DNA from: Eledone cirrhosa
Taxonomy: Eukaryota
Assembly (NCBI GenBank): GCA_964016885.1
Contig: OZ024766.1
Location: 13,392,001-13,456,000 of the forward strand
Length of the DNA stretch: 64,000 nt
Direction: 5' to 3'
In this document: positions 1 to 14,600 of the stretch, piece by piece
Layout of the letters: the number at the start of each line of letters is the position of its first letter
Position numbering within the stretch: position 1 is the stretch's first letter
Made by a program: the position numbers and the translations under genes
Notes under the pieces: generated by a model
What the model was told of the DNA's origin: nothing
Databases searched by the model: none
Seen by the model: only the letters and a program-made list of their open reading frames with translations

Positions 1-489
1 GCTAGTACCATGAACTTAAATGAATTCTCACCAACATTGGAGTTACTTCTGACAACTAATACCATGACTTAAATGAATTCTCACCAACAGTGGAGTTACT
101 TCTGACAAACTAATACCATGAACTTAAATGAATTCTCACCAACAGTGGAGTTACTTCTGACAGCTAGTACCATGAACTTAAATGAATTCTCACCAACAGT
201 GGAGTTACTTCTGACAGCTAATACCATGAACTTAAATGAATTCTCACCAACAGTGGAGTTACTTCTGACAGCTAATACCATGAACTTAAATGAATTCTCA
301 CCAACATTGGAGTTACTTCTGACAGCTAATACCATGGCTTAACTGAATTCTCACCAACAGTGGAGTTACTTCTAACAGCTAATACCATGAACTTAAATGA
401 ATTCTCACCAACATTGGAGTTACTTCTGACAGCTAGTACCATGACTTAAATGAATTCTCACCAACATTGGAGTTCCTTCTGACAGCTAA

Positions 490-3400
490 TACCATGAACT
501 TAAATGAATTCTCACCAACAGTGGAGTTACTTCTGACAGCTAATACCATGAACTTAAATGAATTCTCACCAACAGTGGAGTTACTTCTGACAGCTAATAC
601 CATGAACTTAAACGAATTCTCACCAACAGTGGAGTTACTTCTGACAGCTAATACCATGAACTTAAACGAATTCTCACCAACAGTGGAGTTACTTCTGACA
701 GCTAATACCATGAACTTAAATGAATTCTCACCAACATTGGAGTTACTTCTGACAGCTAGTACCATGACTTAAATGAATTCTCACCAACATTGGAGTTACT
801 TCTGACAGCTAATACCATGACTTAAATGAATTCTCACCAACAGTGGAGTTACTTCTGACAGCTAATACCATGAACTTAAATGAATTCTCACCAACAGTGG
901 ATTTACTTCTGACAGCTAGTACCATGAACTTAAATGAATTCTCACCAACATTGGAGTTACTTCTGACAACTAATACCATGAATTAAATGAATTCTCACCA
1001 ACAGTGGAGTTACTTCTGACAAACTAATACCATGAACTTAAATGAATTCTCACCAACAGTGGAGTTACTTCTGACAGCTAGTACCATGAACTTAAATGAA
1101 TTCTCACCAACAGTGGAGTTACTTCTGACAGCTAATACCATGAACTTAAATGAATTCTCACCAACAGTGGAGTTACTTCTGACAGCTAATACCATGAACT
1201 TAAATGAATTCTCACCAACATTGGAGTTACTTCTGACAGCTAATACCATGGCTTAACTGAATTCTCACCAACAGTGGAGTTACTTCTAACAGCTAATACC
1301 ATGAACTTAAATGAATTCTCACCAACATTGGAGTTACTTCTGACAGCTAGTACCATGAACTTAAATGAATTCTCACCAACAGTGGAGTTACTTCTGACAG
1401 CTAATACCATGAACTTAAATGAATTCTCACCAACAGTGGAGTTACTTCTGACAGCTAATACCATGAACTTAAATGAATTCTCACCAACAGTGGAGTTCAT
1501 TCTGACAGCTAATACCATGAACTTAAATGAATTCTCACCAACATTGGAGTTACTTCTGACAGCTAGTACCATGACTTAAATGAATTCTCACCAACATTGG
1601 AGTTACTTCTGACAGCTAGTACCATGACTTAAATGAATTCTCACCAACAATGGAGTTACTTCTGACAGCTAATACCATGACTTAAATGAATTCTCACCAA
1701 CAGTGGAGTTACTTCTGACAGCTAATACCATGAACTTAAATGAATTCTCACCAACAGTGGAGTTCCTTCTGACAGCTAATACCATGAACTTAAATGAATT
1801 CTCACCAACATTGGAGTTACTTCTGACAGCTAGTACCATGAACTTAAATGAATTCTCACCAACAGTGGAGTTACTTCTGACAGCTAATACCATGAACTTA
1901 AATGAATTCTCACCAACAGTGGCGTTCCTTCTGACAGCTAATACCATGAACTTAAATGAATTCTCACCAACAGTGGAGTTACTTCTGACAGCTAGTACCA
2001 TGACTTAAATGAATTCTCACCAACATTGGAGTTCCTTCTGACAGCTAATACCATGAACTTAAATGAATTCTCACCAACAGTGGAGTTCCTTCTGACAGCT
2101 AATACCATGAACTTAAATGAATTCTCACCAACATTGGAGTTACTTCTGACAACTAATACCATGACTTAAATGAATTCTCACCAACAGTGGAGTTACTTCT
2201 GACAAACTAATACCATGAACTTAAATGAATTCTCACCAACAGTGGAGTTACTTCTGACAGCTAGTACCATGAACTTAAATGAATTCTCACCAACATTGGA
2301 GTTACTTCTGACAGCTAGTACCATGAACTTAAATGAATTCTCACCAACAGTGGAGTTACTTCTGACAGCTAATACCATGAACTTAAATGAATTCTCACCA
2401 ACAGTGGAGTTACTTCTGACAGCTAATACCATGAACTTAAATGAATTCTCACCAACAGTGGAGTTACTTCTGACAGCTAATACCATGAACTTAAATGAAT
2501 TCTCACCAACATTGGAGTTACTTCTGACAGCTAGTACCATGAACTTAAATGAATTCTCACCAACAGTGGAGTGACTTCTGTCAGCTAATACCATGAACTT
2601 AAATGAATTCTCACCAACAGTGGAGTTACTTCTGACAGCTAATACCATGAACTTAAATGAATTCTCACCAACAGTGGAGTTACTTCTGACAGCTAGTACC
2701 ATGAACTTAAATGAATTCTCACCAACAGTGGAGTTACTTCTGACAGCTAATACCATGACTTAAATGAATTCTCACCAACAGTGGAGTTACTTCTGACAGC
2801 TAATACCATGAACTTAAATGAATTCTCACCAACATTGGAGTTACTTCTGACAGCTAGTACCATGAACTTAAATGAATTCTCACCAACAGTGGAGTTACTT
2901 CTGACAGCTAATACCATGAACTTAAATGAATTCTCACCAACAGTGGAGTTACTTCTGACAGCTAATACCATGAACTTAAATGAATTCTCACCAACAGTGG
3001 AGTTACTTCTGACAGCTAATACCATGAATTTAAATGAATTCTCACCAACATTGGAGTTACTTCTGACAGCTAGTACCATGAACTTAAATGAATTCTCACC
3101 AACAGTGGAGTGACTTCTGTCAGCTAATACCATGAACTTAAATGAATTCTCACCAACAGTGGAGTTACTTCTGACAGCTAATACCATGAACTTAAATGAA
3201 TTCTCACCAACAGTGGAGTTACTTCTGACAGCTAGCACCATGAACTTAAATGAATTATCACCAACAGTGGAGTTACTTCTGACAGCTAATACCATGAACT
3301 TAAATGAATTCTCAGCAACAGTGGAGTTCCTTCTGACAGCTAATACCATGAACTTAAATGAATTCTCACCAACATAGGAGTTACTTCTGACAGCTAGTAG

Positions 3401-6400
3401 CATGAACTTAAATGAATTCTCACCAACAGTGGAGTTACTTCTGACAGCTAATACCATGAACTTAAATGAATTCTCACCAACAGTGGCGTTCCTTCTGACA
3501 GCTAATACCATGAACTTAAATGAATTCTCACCAACAGTGGAGTTACTTCTGACAGCTAATACCATGAACTTAAATGAATTCTCACCAACATTGGAGTGAC
3601 TTCTGACAGCTAATACCATGAACTTAAATGAATTCTCACCAACATTGGGGTTACTTCTGACAGCTAGTACCATGAACTTAAATGAATTCTCACCAACAGT
3701 GGAGTGACTTCTGACAGCTAATACCATGAACTTAAATGAATTCTCACCAACATTGGAGTTACTTCTGACAGCTAATACCATGACTTAAATGAATTCTCAC
3801 CAACAGTGGAGTTACTTCTGACAGCTAATACCATGAACTTAAATGAATTCTCACCAACAGTGGAGTTACTTCTGACAGCTAATACCATGAACTTAAATGA
3901 ATTCTCACCAACATTGGAGTTACTTCTGACAGCTAGTACCATGACTTAAATGAATTCTCACCAACATTGGAGTTACTTCTGACAGCTAATACCATGACTT
4001 AAATGAATTCTCACCAACAGTAGAGTTACTTCTGACAGCTATTACCATGAACTTAAATGAATTCTCACCAACAGTGGAGTTATTTCTGACAGCTAGTACC
4101 ATGAACTTAAATGAATTCTCACCAACATTGGAGTTACTTCTGACAACTAATACCATGACTTAAATGAATTCTCACCAACAGTGGAGTTACTTCTGACAAA
4201 CTAATACCATGAACTTAAATGAATTCTCACCAACAGTGGAGTTACTTCTGACAGCTAATACCATGAACTTAAATGAATTCTCACCAACAGTGGAGTTACT
4301 TCTGACAGCTAATACCATGAACTTAAATGAATTCTCACCAACATTGGAGTTACTTCTGACAGCTAGTACCATGAACTTAAATGAATTCTCACCAACAGTG
4401 GAGTTACTTCTGACAGCTAATACCATGAACTTAAATGAATTCTCACCAACAGTGGAGTTACTTCTGACAGCTAATACCATGAACTTAAATGAATTCTCAC
4501 CAACAGTGGAGTTACTTCTGACAGCTAATACCTTGAACTTAAATGAATTCTCACCAACATTGGAGTTACTTCTGACAGCTAGTACCATGAACTTAAATGA
4601 ATTCTCACCAACGGTGCAGTTACTTCTGACAGCTAATACCATGAACTTAAATGAATTCTCACCAACAGTGGAGTTACTTCTGACAGCTAATACCATGAAC
4701 TTAAATGAATTCTCACCAACAGTGGAGTTACTTCTGACAGCTAATACCATGAACTTAAACGAATTCTCACCAACAGTGGAGTTACTTCTGACAGCTAATA
4801 CCATGAACTTAAACGAATTCTCACCAACAGTGGAGTTACTTCTGACAGCTAATACCATGAACTTAAATGAATTCTCACCAACATTGGAGTTACTTCTGAC
4901 AGCTAGTACCATGACTTAAATGAATTCTCACCAACATTGGAGTTACTTCTGACAGCTAATACCATGACTTAAATGAATTCTCACCAACAGTGGAGTTACT
5001 TCTGACAGCTAATACCATGAACTTAAATGAATTCTCACCAACAGTGGATTTACTTCTGACAGCTAGTACCATGAACTTAAATGAATTCTCACCAACATTG
5101 GAGTTACTTCTGACAACTAATACCATGACTTAAATGAATTCTCACCAACAGTGGAGTTACTTCTAACAAACTAATACCATGAACTTAAATGAATTCTCAC
5201 CAACAGTGGAGTTACTTCTGACAGCTAGTACCATGAACTTAAATGAATTCTCACCAACAGTGGAGTTACTTCTGACAGCTAATACCATGAACTTAAATGA
5301 ATTCTCACCAACAGTGGAGTTACTTCTGACAGCTAATACCATGAACTTAAATGAATTCTCACCAACATTGGAGTTACTTCTGACAGCTAATACCATGGCT
5401 TAACTGAATTCTCACCAACAGTGGAGTTACTTCTAACAGCTAATACCATGAACTTAAATGAATTCTCACCAACATTGGAGTTACTTCTGACAGCTAGTAC
5501 CATGAACTTAAATGAATTCTCACCAACAGTGGAGTTACTTCTGACAGCTAATACCATGAACTTAAATGAATTCTCACCAACAGTGGAGTTACTTCTGACA
5601 GCTAATACCATGAACTTAAATGAATTCTCACCAACAGTGGAGTTCATTCTGACAGCTAATACCATGAACTTAAATGAATTCTCACCAACATTGGAGTTAC
5701 TTCTGACAGCTAGTACCATGACTTAAATGAATTCTCACCAACATTGGAGTTACTTCTGACAGCTAGTACCATGACTTAAATGAATTCTCACCAACAATGG
5801 AGTTACTTCTGACAGCTAATACCATGACTTAAATGAATTCTCACCAACAGTGGAGTTACTTCTGACAGCTAATACCATGAACTTAAATGAATTCTCACCA
5901 ACAGTGGAGTTCCTTCTGACAGCTAATACCATGAACTTAAATGAATTCTCACCAACATTGGAGTTACTTCTGACAGCTAGTACCATGAACTTAAATGAAT
6001 TCTCACCAACAGTGGAGTTACTTCTGACAGCTAATACCATGAACTTAAATGAATTCTCACCAACAGTGGCGTTCCTTCTGACAGCTAATACCATGAACTT
6101 AAATGAATTCTCACCAACAGTGGAGTTACTTCTGACAGCTAGTACCATGACTTAAATGAATTCTCACCAACATTGGAGTTCCTTCTGACAGCTAATACCA
6201 TGAACTTAAATGAATTCTCACCAACAGTGGAGTTCCTTCTGACAGCTAATACCATGAACTTAAATGAATTCTCACCAACATTGGAGTTACTTCTGACAAC
6301 TAATACCATGACTTAAATGAATTCTCACCAACAGTGGAGTTACTTCTGACAAACTAATACCATGAACTTAAATGAATTCTCACCAACAGTGGAGTTACTT

Positions 6401-9400
6401 CTGACAGCTAGTACCATGAACTTAAATGAATTCTCACCAACATTGGAGTTACTTCTGACAGCTAGTACCATGAACTTAAATGAATTCTCACCAACAGTGG
6501 AGTTACTTCTGACAGCTAATACCATGAACTTAAATAAATTCTCACCAACAGTGGAGTTACTTCTGACAGCTAATACCATGAACTTAAATGAATTCTCACC
6601 AACAGTGGAGTTACTTCTGACAGCTAATACCATGAACTTAAATGAATTCTCACCAACATTGGAGTTACTTCTGACAGCTAGTACCATGAACTTAAATGAA
6701 TTCTCACCAACAGTGGAGTGACGTCTGTCAGCTAATACCATGAACTTAAATGAATTCTCACCAACAGTGGAGTTACTTCTGACAGCTAATACCATGAACT
6801 TAAATGAATTCTCACCAACAGTGGAGTTACTTCTGACAGCTAGTACCATGAACTTAAATGAATTCTCACCAACAGTGGAGTTACTTCTGACAGCTAATAC
6901 CATGACTTAAATGAATTCTCACCAACAGTGGAGTTACTTCTGACAGCTAATACCATGAACTTAAATGAATTCTCACCAACATTGGAGTTACTTCTGACAG
7001 CTAGTACCATGAACTTAAATGAATTCTCACCAACAGTGGAGTTACTTCTGACAGCTAGTACCATGAACTTAAATGAATTCTCACCAACGGTGCAGTTACT
7101 TCTGACAGCTAATACCATGAACTTAAATGAATTCTCACCAACATTGGAGTGACTTCTGACAGCTAATACCTTGAACTTAAATGAATTCTCAACAACATTG
7201 GAGTTACTTCTGACAGCTAGTACCATGAACTTAAATGAATTCTCACCAACGGTGCAGTTACTTCTGACAGCTAATACCATGAACTTAAATGAATTCTCAC
7301 CAACAGTGGAGTTACTTCTGACAGCTAATACCATGAACTTAAATGAATTCTCACCAACAGTGGAGTTACTTCTGACAGCTAATACCATGAACTTAAACGA
7401 ATTCTCACCAACAGTGGAGTTACTTCTGACAGCTAATACCATGAACTTAAACGAATTCTCACCAACAGTGGAGTTACTTCTGACAGCTAATACCATGAAC
7501 TTAAATGAATTCTCACCAACATTGGAGTTACTTCTGACAGCTAGTACCATGACTTAAATGAATTCTCACCAACATTGGAGTTACTTCTGACAGCTAATAC
7601 CATGACTTAAATGAATTCTCACCAACAGTGGAGTTACTTCTGACAGCTAATACCATGAACTTAAATGAATTCTCACCAACAGTGGATTTACTTCTGACAG
7701 CTAGTACCATGAACTTAAATGAATTCTCACCAACATTGGAGTTACTTCTGACAACTAATACCATGACTTAAATGAATTCTCACCAACAGTGGAGTTACTT
7801 CTGACAAACTAATACCATGAACTTAAATGAATTCTCACCAACAGTGGAGTTACTTCTGACAGCTAGTACCATGAACTTAAATGAATTCTCACCAACAGTG
7901 GAGTTACTTCTGACAGCTAATACCATGAACTTAAATGAATTCTCACCAACAGTGGAGTTACTTCTGACAGCTAATACCATGAACTTAAATGAATTCTCAC
8001 CAACATTGGAGTTACTTCTGACAGCTAATACCATGGCTTAACTGAATTCTCACCAACAGTGGAGTTACTTCTAACAGCTAATACCATGAACTTAAATGAA
8101 TTCTCACCAACATTGGAGTTACTTCTGACAGCTAGTACCATGAACTTAAATGAATTCTCACCAACAGTGGAGTTACTTCTGACAGCTAATACCATGAACT
8201 TAAATGAATTCTCACCAACAGTGGAGTTACTTCTGACAGCTAATACCATGAACTTAAATGAATTCTCACCAACAGTGGAGTTCATTCTGACAGCTAATAC
8301 CATGAACTTAAATGAATTCTCACCAACATTGGAGTTACTTCTGACAGCTAGTACCATGACTTAAATGAATTCTCACCAACATTGGAGTTACTTCTGACAG
8401 CTAGTACCATGACTTAAATGAATTCTCACCAACAATGGAGTTACTTCTGACAGCTAATACCATGACTTAAATGAATTCTCACCAACAGTGGAGTTACTTC
8501 TGACAGCTAATACCATGAACTTAAATGAATTCTCACCAACAGTGGAGTTCCTTCTGACAGCTAATACCATGAACTTAAATGAATTCTCACCAACATTGGA
8601 GTTACTTCTGACAGCTAGTACCATGAACTTAAATGAATTCTCACCAACAGTGGAGTTACTTCTGACAGCTAATACCATGAACTTAAATGAATTCTCACCA
8701 ACAGTGGCGTTCCTTCTGACAGCTAATACCATGAACTTAAATGAATTCTCACCAACAGTGGAGTTACTTCTGACAGCTAGTACCATGACTTAAATGAATT
8801 CTCACCAACATTGGAGTTCCTTCTGACAGCTAATACCATGAACTTAAATGAATTCTCACCAACAGTGGAGTTCCTTCTGACAGCTAATACCATGAACTTA
8901 AATGAATTCTCACCAACATTGGAGTTACTTCTGACAACTAATACCATGACTTAAATGAATTCTCACCAACAGTGGAGTTACTTCTGACAAACTAATACCA
9001 TGAACTTAAATGAATTCTCACCAACAGTGGAGTTACTTCTGACAGCTAGTACCATGAACTTAAATGAATTCTCACCAACATTGGAGTTACTTCTGACAGC
9101 TAGTACCATGAACTTAAATGAATTCTCACCAACAGTGGAGTTACTTCTGACAGCTAATACCATGAACTTAAATAAATTCTCACCAACAGTGGAGTTACTT
9201 CTGACAGCTAATACCATGAACTTAAATGAATTCTCACCAACAGTGGAGTTACTTCTGACAGCTAATACCATGAACTTAAATGAATTCTCACCAACATTGG
9301 AGTTACTTCTGACAGCTAGTACCATGAACTTAAATGAATTCTCACCAACAGTGGAGTGACGTCTGTCAGCTAATACCATGAACTTAAATGAATTCTCACC

Positions 9401-11500
9401 AACAGTGGAGTTACTTCTGACAGCTAATACCATGAACTTAAATGAATTCTCACCAACAGTGGAGTTACTTCTGACAGCTAGTACCATGAACTTAAATGAA
9501 TTCTCACCAACAGTGGAGTTACTTCTGACAGCTAATACCATGACTTAAATGAATTCTCACCAACAGTGGAGTTACTTCTGACAGCTAATACCATGAACTT
9601 AAATGAATTCTCACCAACATTGGAGTTACTTCTGACAGCTAGTACCATGAACTTAAATGAATTCTCACCAACAGTGGAGTTACTTCTGACAGCTAATACC
9701 ATGAACTTAAATGAATTCTCACCAACAGTGGAGTTACTTCTGACAGCTAATACCATGAACTTAAATGAATTCTCACCAACAGTGGAGTTACTTCTGACAG
9801 CTAATACCATGAATTTAAATGAATTCTCACCAACATTGGAGTTACTTCTGACAGCTAGTACCATGAACTTAAATGAATTCTCACCAACAGTGGAGTGACT
9901 TCTGTCAGCTAATACCATGAACTTAAATGAATTCTCACCAACAGTGGAGTTACTTCTGACAGCTAATACCATGAACTTAAATGAATTCTCACCAACAGTG
10001 GAGTTACTTCTGACAGCTAGCACCATGAACTTAAATGAATTATCACCAACAGTGGAGTTACTTCTGACAGCTAATACCATGAACTTAAATGAATTCTCAG
10101 CAACAGTGGAGTTCCTTCTGACAGCTAATACCATGAACTTAAATGAATTCTCACCAACATAGGAGTTACTTCTGACAGCTAGTAGCATGAACTTAAATGA
10201 ATTCTCACCAACAGTGGAGTTACTTCTGACAGCTAATACCATGAACTTAAATGAATTCTCACCAACAGTGGCGTTCCTTCTGACAGCTAATACCATGAAC
10301 TTAAATGAATTCTCACCAACAGTGGAGTTACTTCTGACAGCTAATACCATGAACTTAAATGAATTCTCACCAACATTGGAGTGACTTCTGACAGCTAATA
10401 CCATGAACTTAAATGAATTCTCACCAACATTGGGGTTACTTCTGACAGCTAGTACCATGAACTTAAATGAATTCTCACCAACAGTGGAGTGACTTCTGAC
10501 AGCTAATACCATGAACTTAAATGAATTCTCACCAACATTGGAGTTACTTCTGACAGCTAATACCATGACTTAAATGAATTCTCACCAACAGTGGAGTTAC
10601 TTCTGACAGCTAATACCATGAACTTAAATGAATTCTCACCAACAGTGGAGTTACTTCTGACAGCTAATACCATGAACTTAAATGAATTCTCACCAACATT
10701 GGAGTTACTTCTGACAGCTAGTACCATGACTTAAATGAATTCTCACCAACATTGGAGTTACTTCTGACAGCTAATACCATGACTTAAATGAATTCTCACC
10801 AACAGTAGAGTTACTTCTGACAGCTATTACCATGAACTTAAATGAATTCTCACCAACAGTGGAGTTATTTCTGACAGCTAGTACCATGAACTTAAATGAA
10901 TTCTCACCAACATTGGAGTTACTTCTGACAACTAATACCATGACTTAAATGAATTCTCACCAACAGTGGAGTTACTTCTGACAAACTAATACCATGAACT
11001 TAAATGAATTCTCACCAACAGTGGAGTTACTTCTGACAGCTAATACCATGAACTTAAATGAATTCTCACCAACAGTGGAGTTACTTCTGACAGCTAATAC
11101 CATGAACTTAAATGAATTCTCACCAACATTGGAGTTACTTCTGACAGCTAGTACCATGAACTTAAATGAATTCTCACCAACAGTGGAGTTACTTCTGACA
11201 GCTAATACCATGAACTTAAATGAATTCTCACCAACAGTGGAGTTACTTCTGACAGCTAATACCATGAACTTAAATGAATTCTCACCAACAGTGGAGTTAC
11301 TTCTGACAGCTAATACCTTGAACTTAAATGAATTCTCACCAACATTGGAGTTACTTCTGACAGCTAGTACCATGAACTTAAATGAATTCTCACCAACGGT
11401 GCAGTTACTTCTGACAGCTAATACCATGAACTTAAATGAATTCTCACCAACAGTGGAGTTACTTCTGACAGCTAATACCATGAACTTAAATGAATTCTCA
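490..11500. repeat. Higher-order duplications with offsets 4147 bp (~77 monomers), 2638 bp (~49) and their sum 6785 bp
   Basis: Matching ORF patterns at 1240/5387/8025, 1669/5816/8454, 2193/6340/8978 and 2747/9532. Shared rare markers: ATGGCTTAACTG (~1248, ~5395, ~8033), AAATAAATT (~6532, ~9170), GTGACGTCTG (~6718, ~9356), CAGTAGAG (~4018, ~10803). Confidence 0.9.
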
Positions 11501-11649
11501 CCAACAGTGGAGTTCCTTCTGACAGCTAATAACATGAACTTAAATGAATTCTCACCAACATTGGAGTTACTTCTGACAGCTAGTACCATGACTTAATTGA
11601 ATTCTCACCAACAATGGAGTTACTTCTGACAGCTAATACCATGACTTAA

Positions 11650-14600
11650 ATGAATTCTCACCAACAGTGGAGTTACTTCTGACAGCTAATACCATGAACT
11701 TAAATGAATTCTCACCAACAGTGGAGTTCCTTCTGACAGCTAATACCATGAACTTAAATGAATTCTCACCAACATTGGAGTTACTTCTGACAGCTAGTAC
11801 CATGAACTTAAATGAATTCTCACCAACAGTGGAGTTACTTCTGACAGCTAATACCATGAACTTAAATGAATTCTCACCAACAGTGGCGTTCCTTCTGACA
11901 GCTAATACCATGAACTTAAATGAATTCTCACCAACAGTGGAGTTACTTCTGACAGCTAGTACCATGACTTAAATGAATTCTCACCAACATTGGAGTTCCT
12001 TCTGACAGCTAATACCATGAACTTAAATGAATTCTCACCAACAGTGGAGTTCCTTCTGACAGCTAATACCATGAACTTAAATGAATTCTCACCAACATTG
12101 GAGTTAATTCTGACAACTAATACCATGACTTAAATGAATTCTCACCAACAGTGGAGTTACTTCTGACAAACTAATACCATGAACATAAATGAATTCTCAC
12201 CAACAGTGGAGTTACTTCTGACAGCTAATACCATGAACTTAAATGAATTCTCACCAACATTGGAGTGACTTCTGACAGCTAATACCATGAACTTAAATGA
12301 ATTCTCACCAACATTGGGGTTACTTTTGCCAGCTAGTACCATGAACTTAAATGAATTCTCACCAACAGTGGAGTGACTTCTGACAGCTAATACCATGAAC
12401 CTAAATGAATTCTCACCAACATTGGAGTGACTTCTGACAGCTAATACCATGAACTTAAATGAATTCTCACCAACAGTGGAGTTACTTCTGACAGCTAGTA
12501 CCATGAACTTAAATGAATTCTCACCAACAGTGGAGTTACTTCTGACAGCTAATACCATGAACTTAAATGAATTCTCAGCAACAGTGGAGTTCCTTCTGAC
12601 AGCTAATACCATGAACTTAAATGAATTCTCACCAACATTGGAGTTACTTCTGACAGCTAGTACCATGAACTTAAATGAATTCTCACCAACAGTGGAGTTA
12701 CTTCTGACAGCTAATACCATGAACTTAAATGAATTCTCACCAACAGTGGCGTTCCTTCTGACAGCTAATACCATGAACTTAAATGAATTCTCACCAACAG
12801 TGGAGTTACTTCTGACAACTAGTACCATGACTTAAATGAATTCTCACCAACATTGGAGTTCCTTCTGACAGCTAATACCATGAAATTAAATGAATTCTCA
12901 CCAACAGTGGAGTTACTTCTGACAGCTAATACCATGAACTTAAATGAATTCTCACCAACAGTGGAGTTACTTCTGACAGCTAATACCATGAACTTAAATG
13001 AATTCTCACCAACAGTGGAGTTACTTCTGACAGCTAATACCATGAACTTAAACGAATTCTCACCAACAGTGGAGTTACTTCTGACAGCTAATACAATGAA
13101 CTTAAATGAATTCTCACCAACATTGGAGTTACTTCTGACAGCTAGTACCATGACTTAAATGAATTCTCACCAACATTGGAGTTACTTCTGACAGCTAATA
13201 CCATGACTTAAATGAATTCTCACCAACAGTGGAGTTACTTCTGACAGCTAATACCATGAACTTAAATGAATTCTCACCAACAGTGGATTTACTTCTGACA
13301 GCTAGTACCATGAACTTAAATGAATTCTCACCAACATTGGAGTTACTTCTGACAACTAATACCATGACTTAAATGAATTCTCACCAACAGTGGAGTTACT
13401 TCTGACAAACTAATACCATGAACTTAAATGAATTCTCACCAACAGTGGAGTTACTTCTGACAGCTAGTACCATGAACTTAAATGAATTCTCACCAACAGT
13501 GGAGTTACTTCTGACAGCTAATACCATGAACTTAAATGAATTCTCACCAACAGTGGAGTTACTTCTGACAGCTAATACCATGAACTTAAATGAATTCTCA
13601 CCAACATTGGAGTTACTTCTGACAGCTAATACCATGACTTAACTGAATTCTCACCAACAGTGGAGTTACCTCTCACAGCTAATACCATGAACTTAAATGA
13701 ATTCTCACCAACATTGGAGTTACTTCTGACAGCTAGTACCATGAACTTAAATGAATTCTCACCAACAGTGGAGTTACTTCTGACAGCTAGTACCATGACT
13801 TAAATGAATTCTCACCAACATTGGAGTTCCTTCTGACAGCTAATACCATGAACTTAAATGAATTCTCACCAACAGTGGAGTTCCTTCTGACAGCTAATAC
13901 CATGAACTTAAATGAATTCTCACCAACATTGGAGTTACTTCTGACAACTAATACCATGACTTAAATGAATTCTCACCAACAGTGGAGTTACCTCTGACAG
14001 CTAATACCATGAACTTAAATGAATTCTCACCAACATTGGAGTTACTTCTGACAGCTAATACCATGAACTTAAATGAATTCTCACCAACAGTGGCGTTCCT
14101 TCTGACAGCTAATACCATGAACTTAAATGAATTCTCACCAACAGTGGAGTTACTTCTGACAGCTAGTACCATGACTTAAATGAATTCTCACCAACATTGG
14201 AGTTCCTTCTGACAGCTAATACCATGAACTTAAATGAATTCTCACCAACAGTGGAGTTCCTTCTGACAGCTAATACCATGAACTTAAATGAATTCTCACC
14301 AACATTGGAGTTACTTCTGACAACTAATACCATGACTTAAATGAATTCTCACCAACAGTGGAGTTACTTCTGACAAACTAATACCATGAACATAAATGAA
14401 TTCTCACCAACAGTGGAGTTACTTCTGACAGCTAATACCATGAACTTAAATGAATTCTCACCAACATTGGAGTGACTTCTGACAGCTAATACCATGAACT
14501 TAAATGAATTCTCACCAACATTGGGGTTACTTCTGCCAGCTAGTACCATGAACTTAAATGAATTCTCACCAACAGTGGAGTGACTTCTGACAGCTAATAC

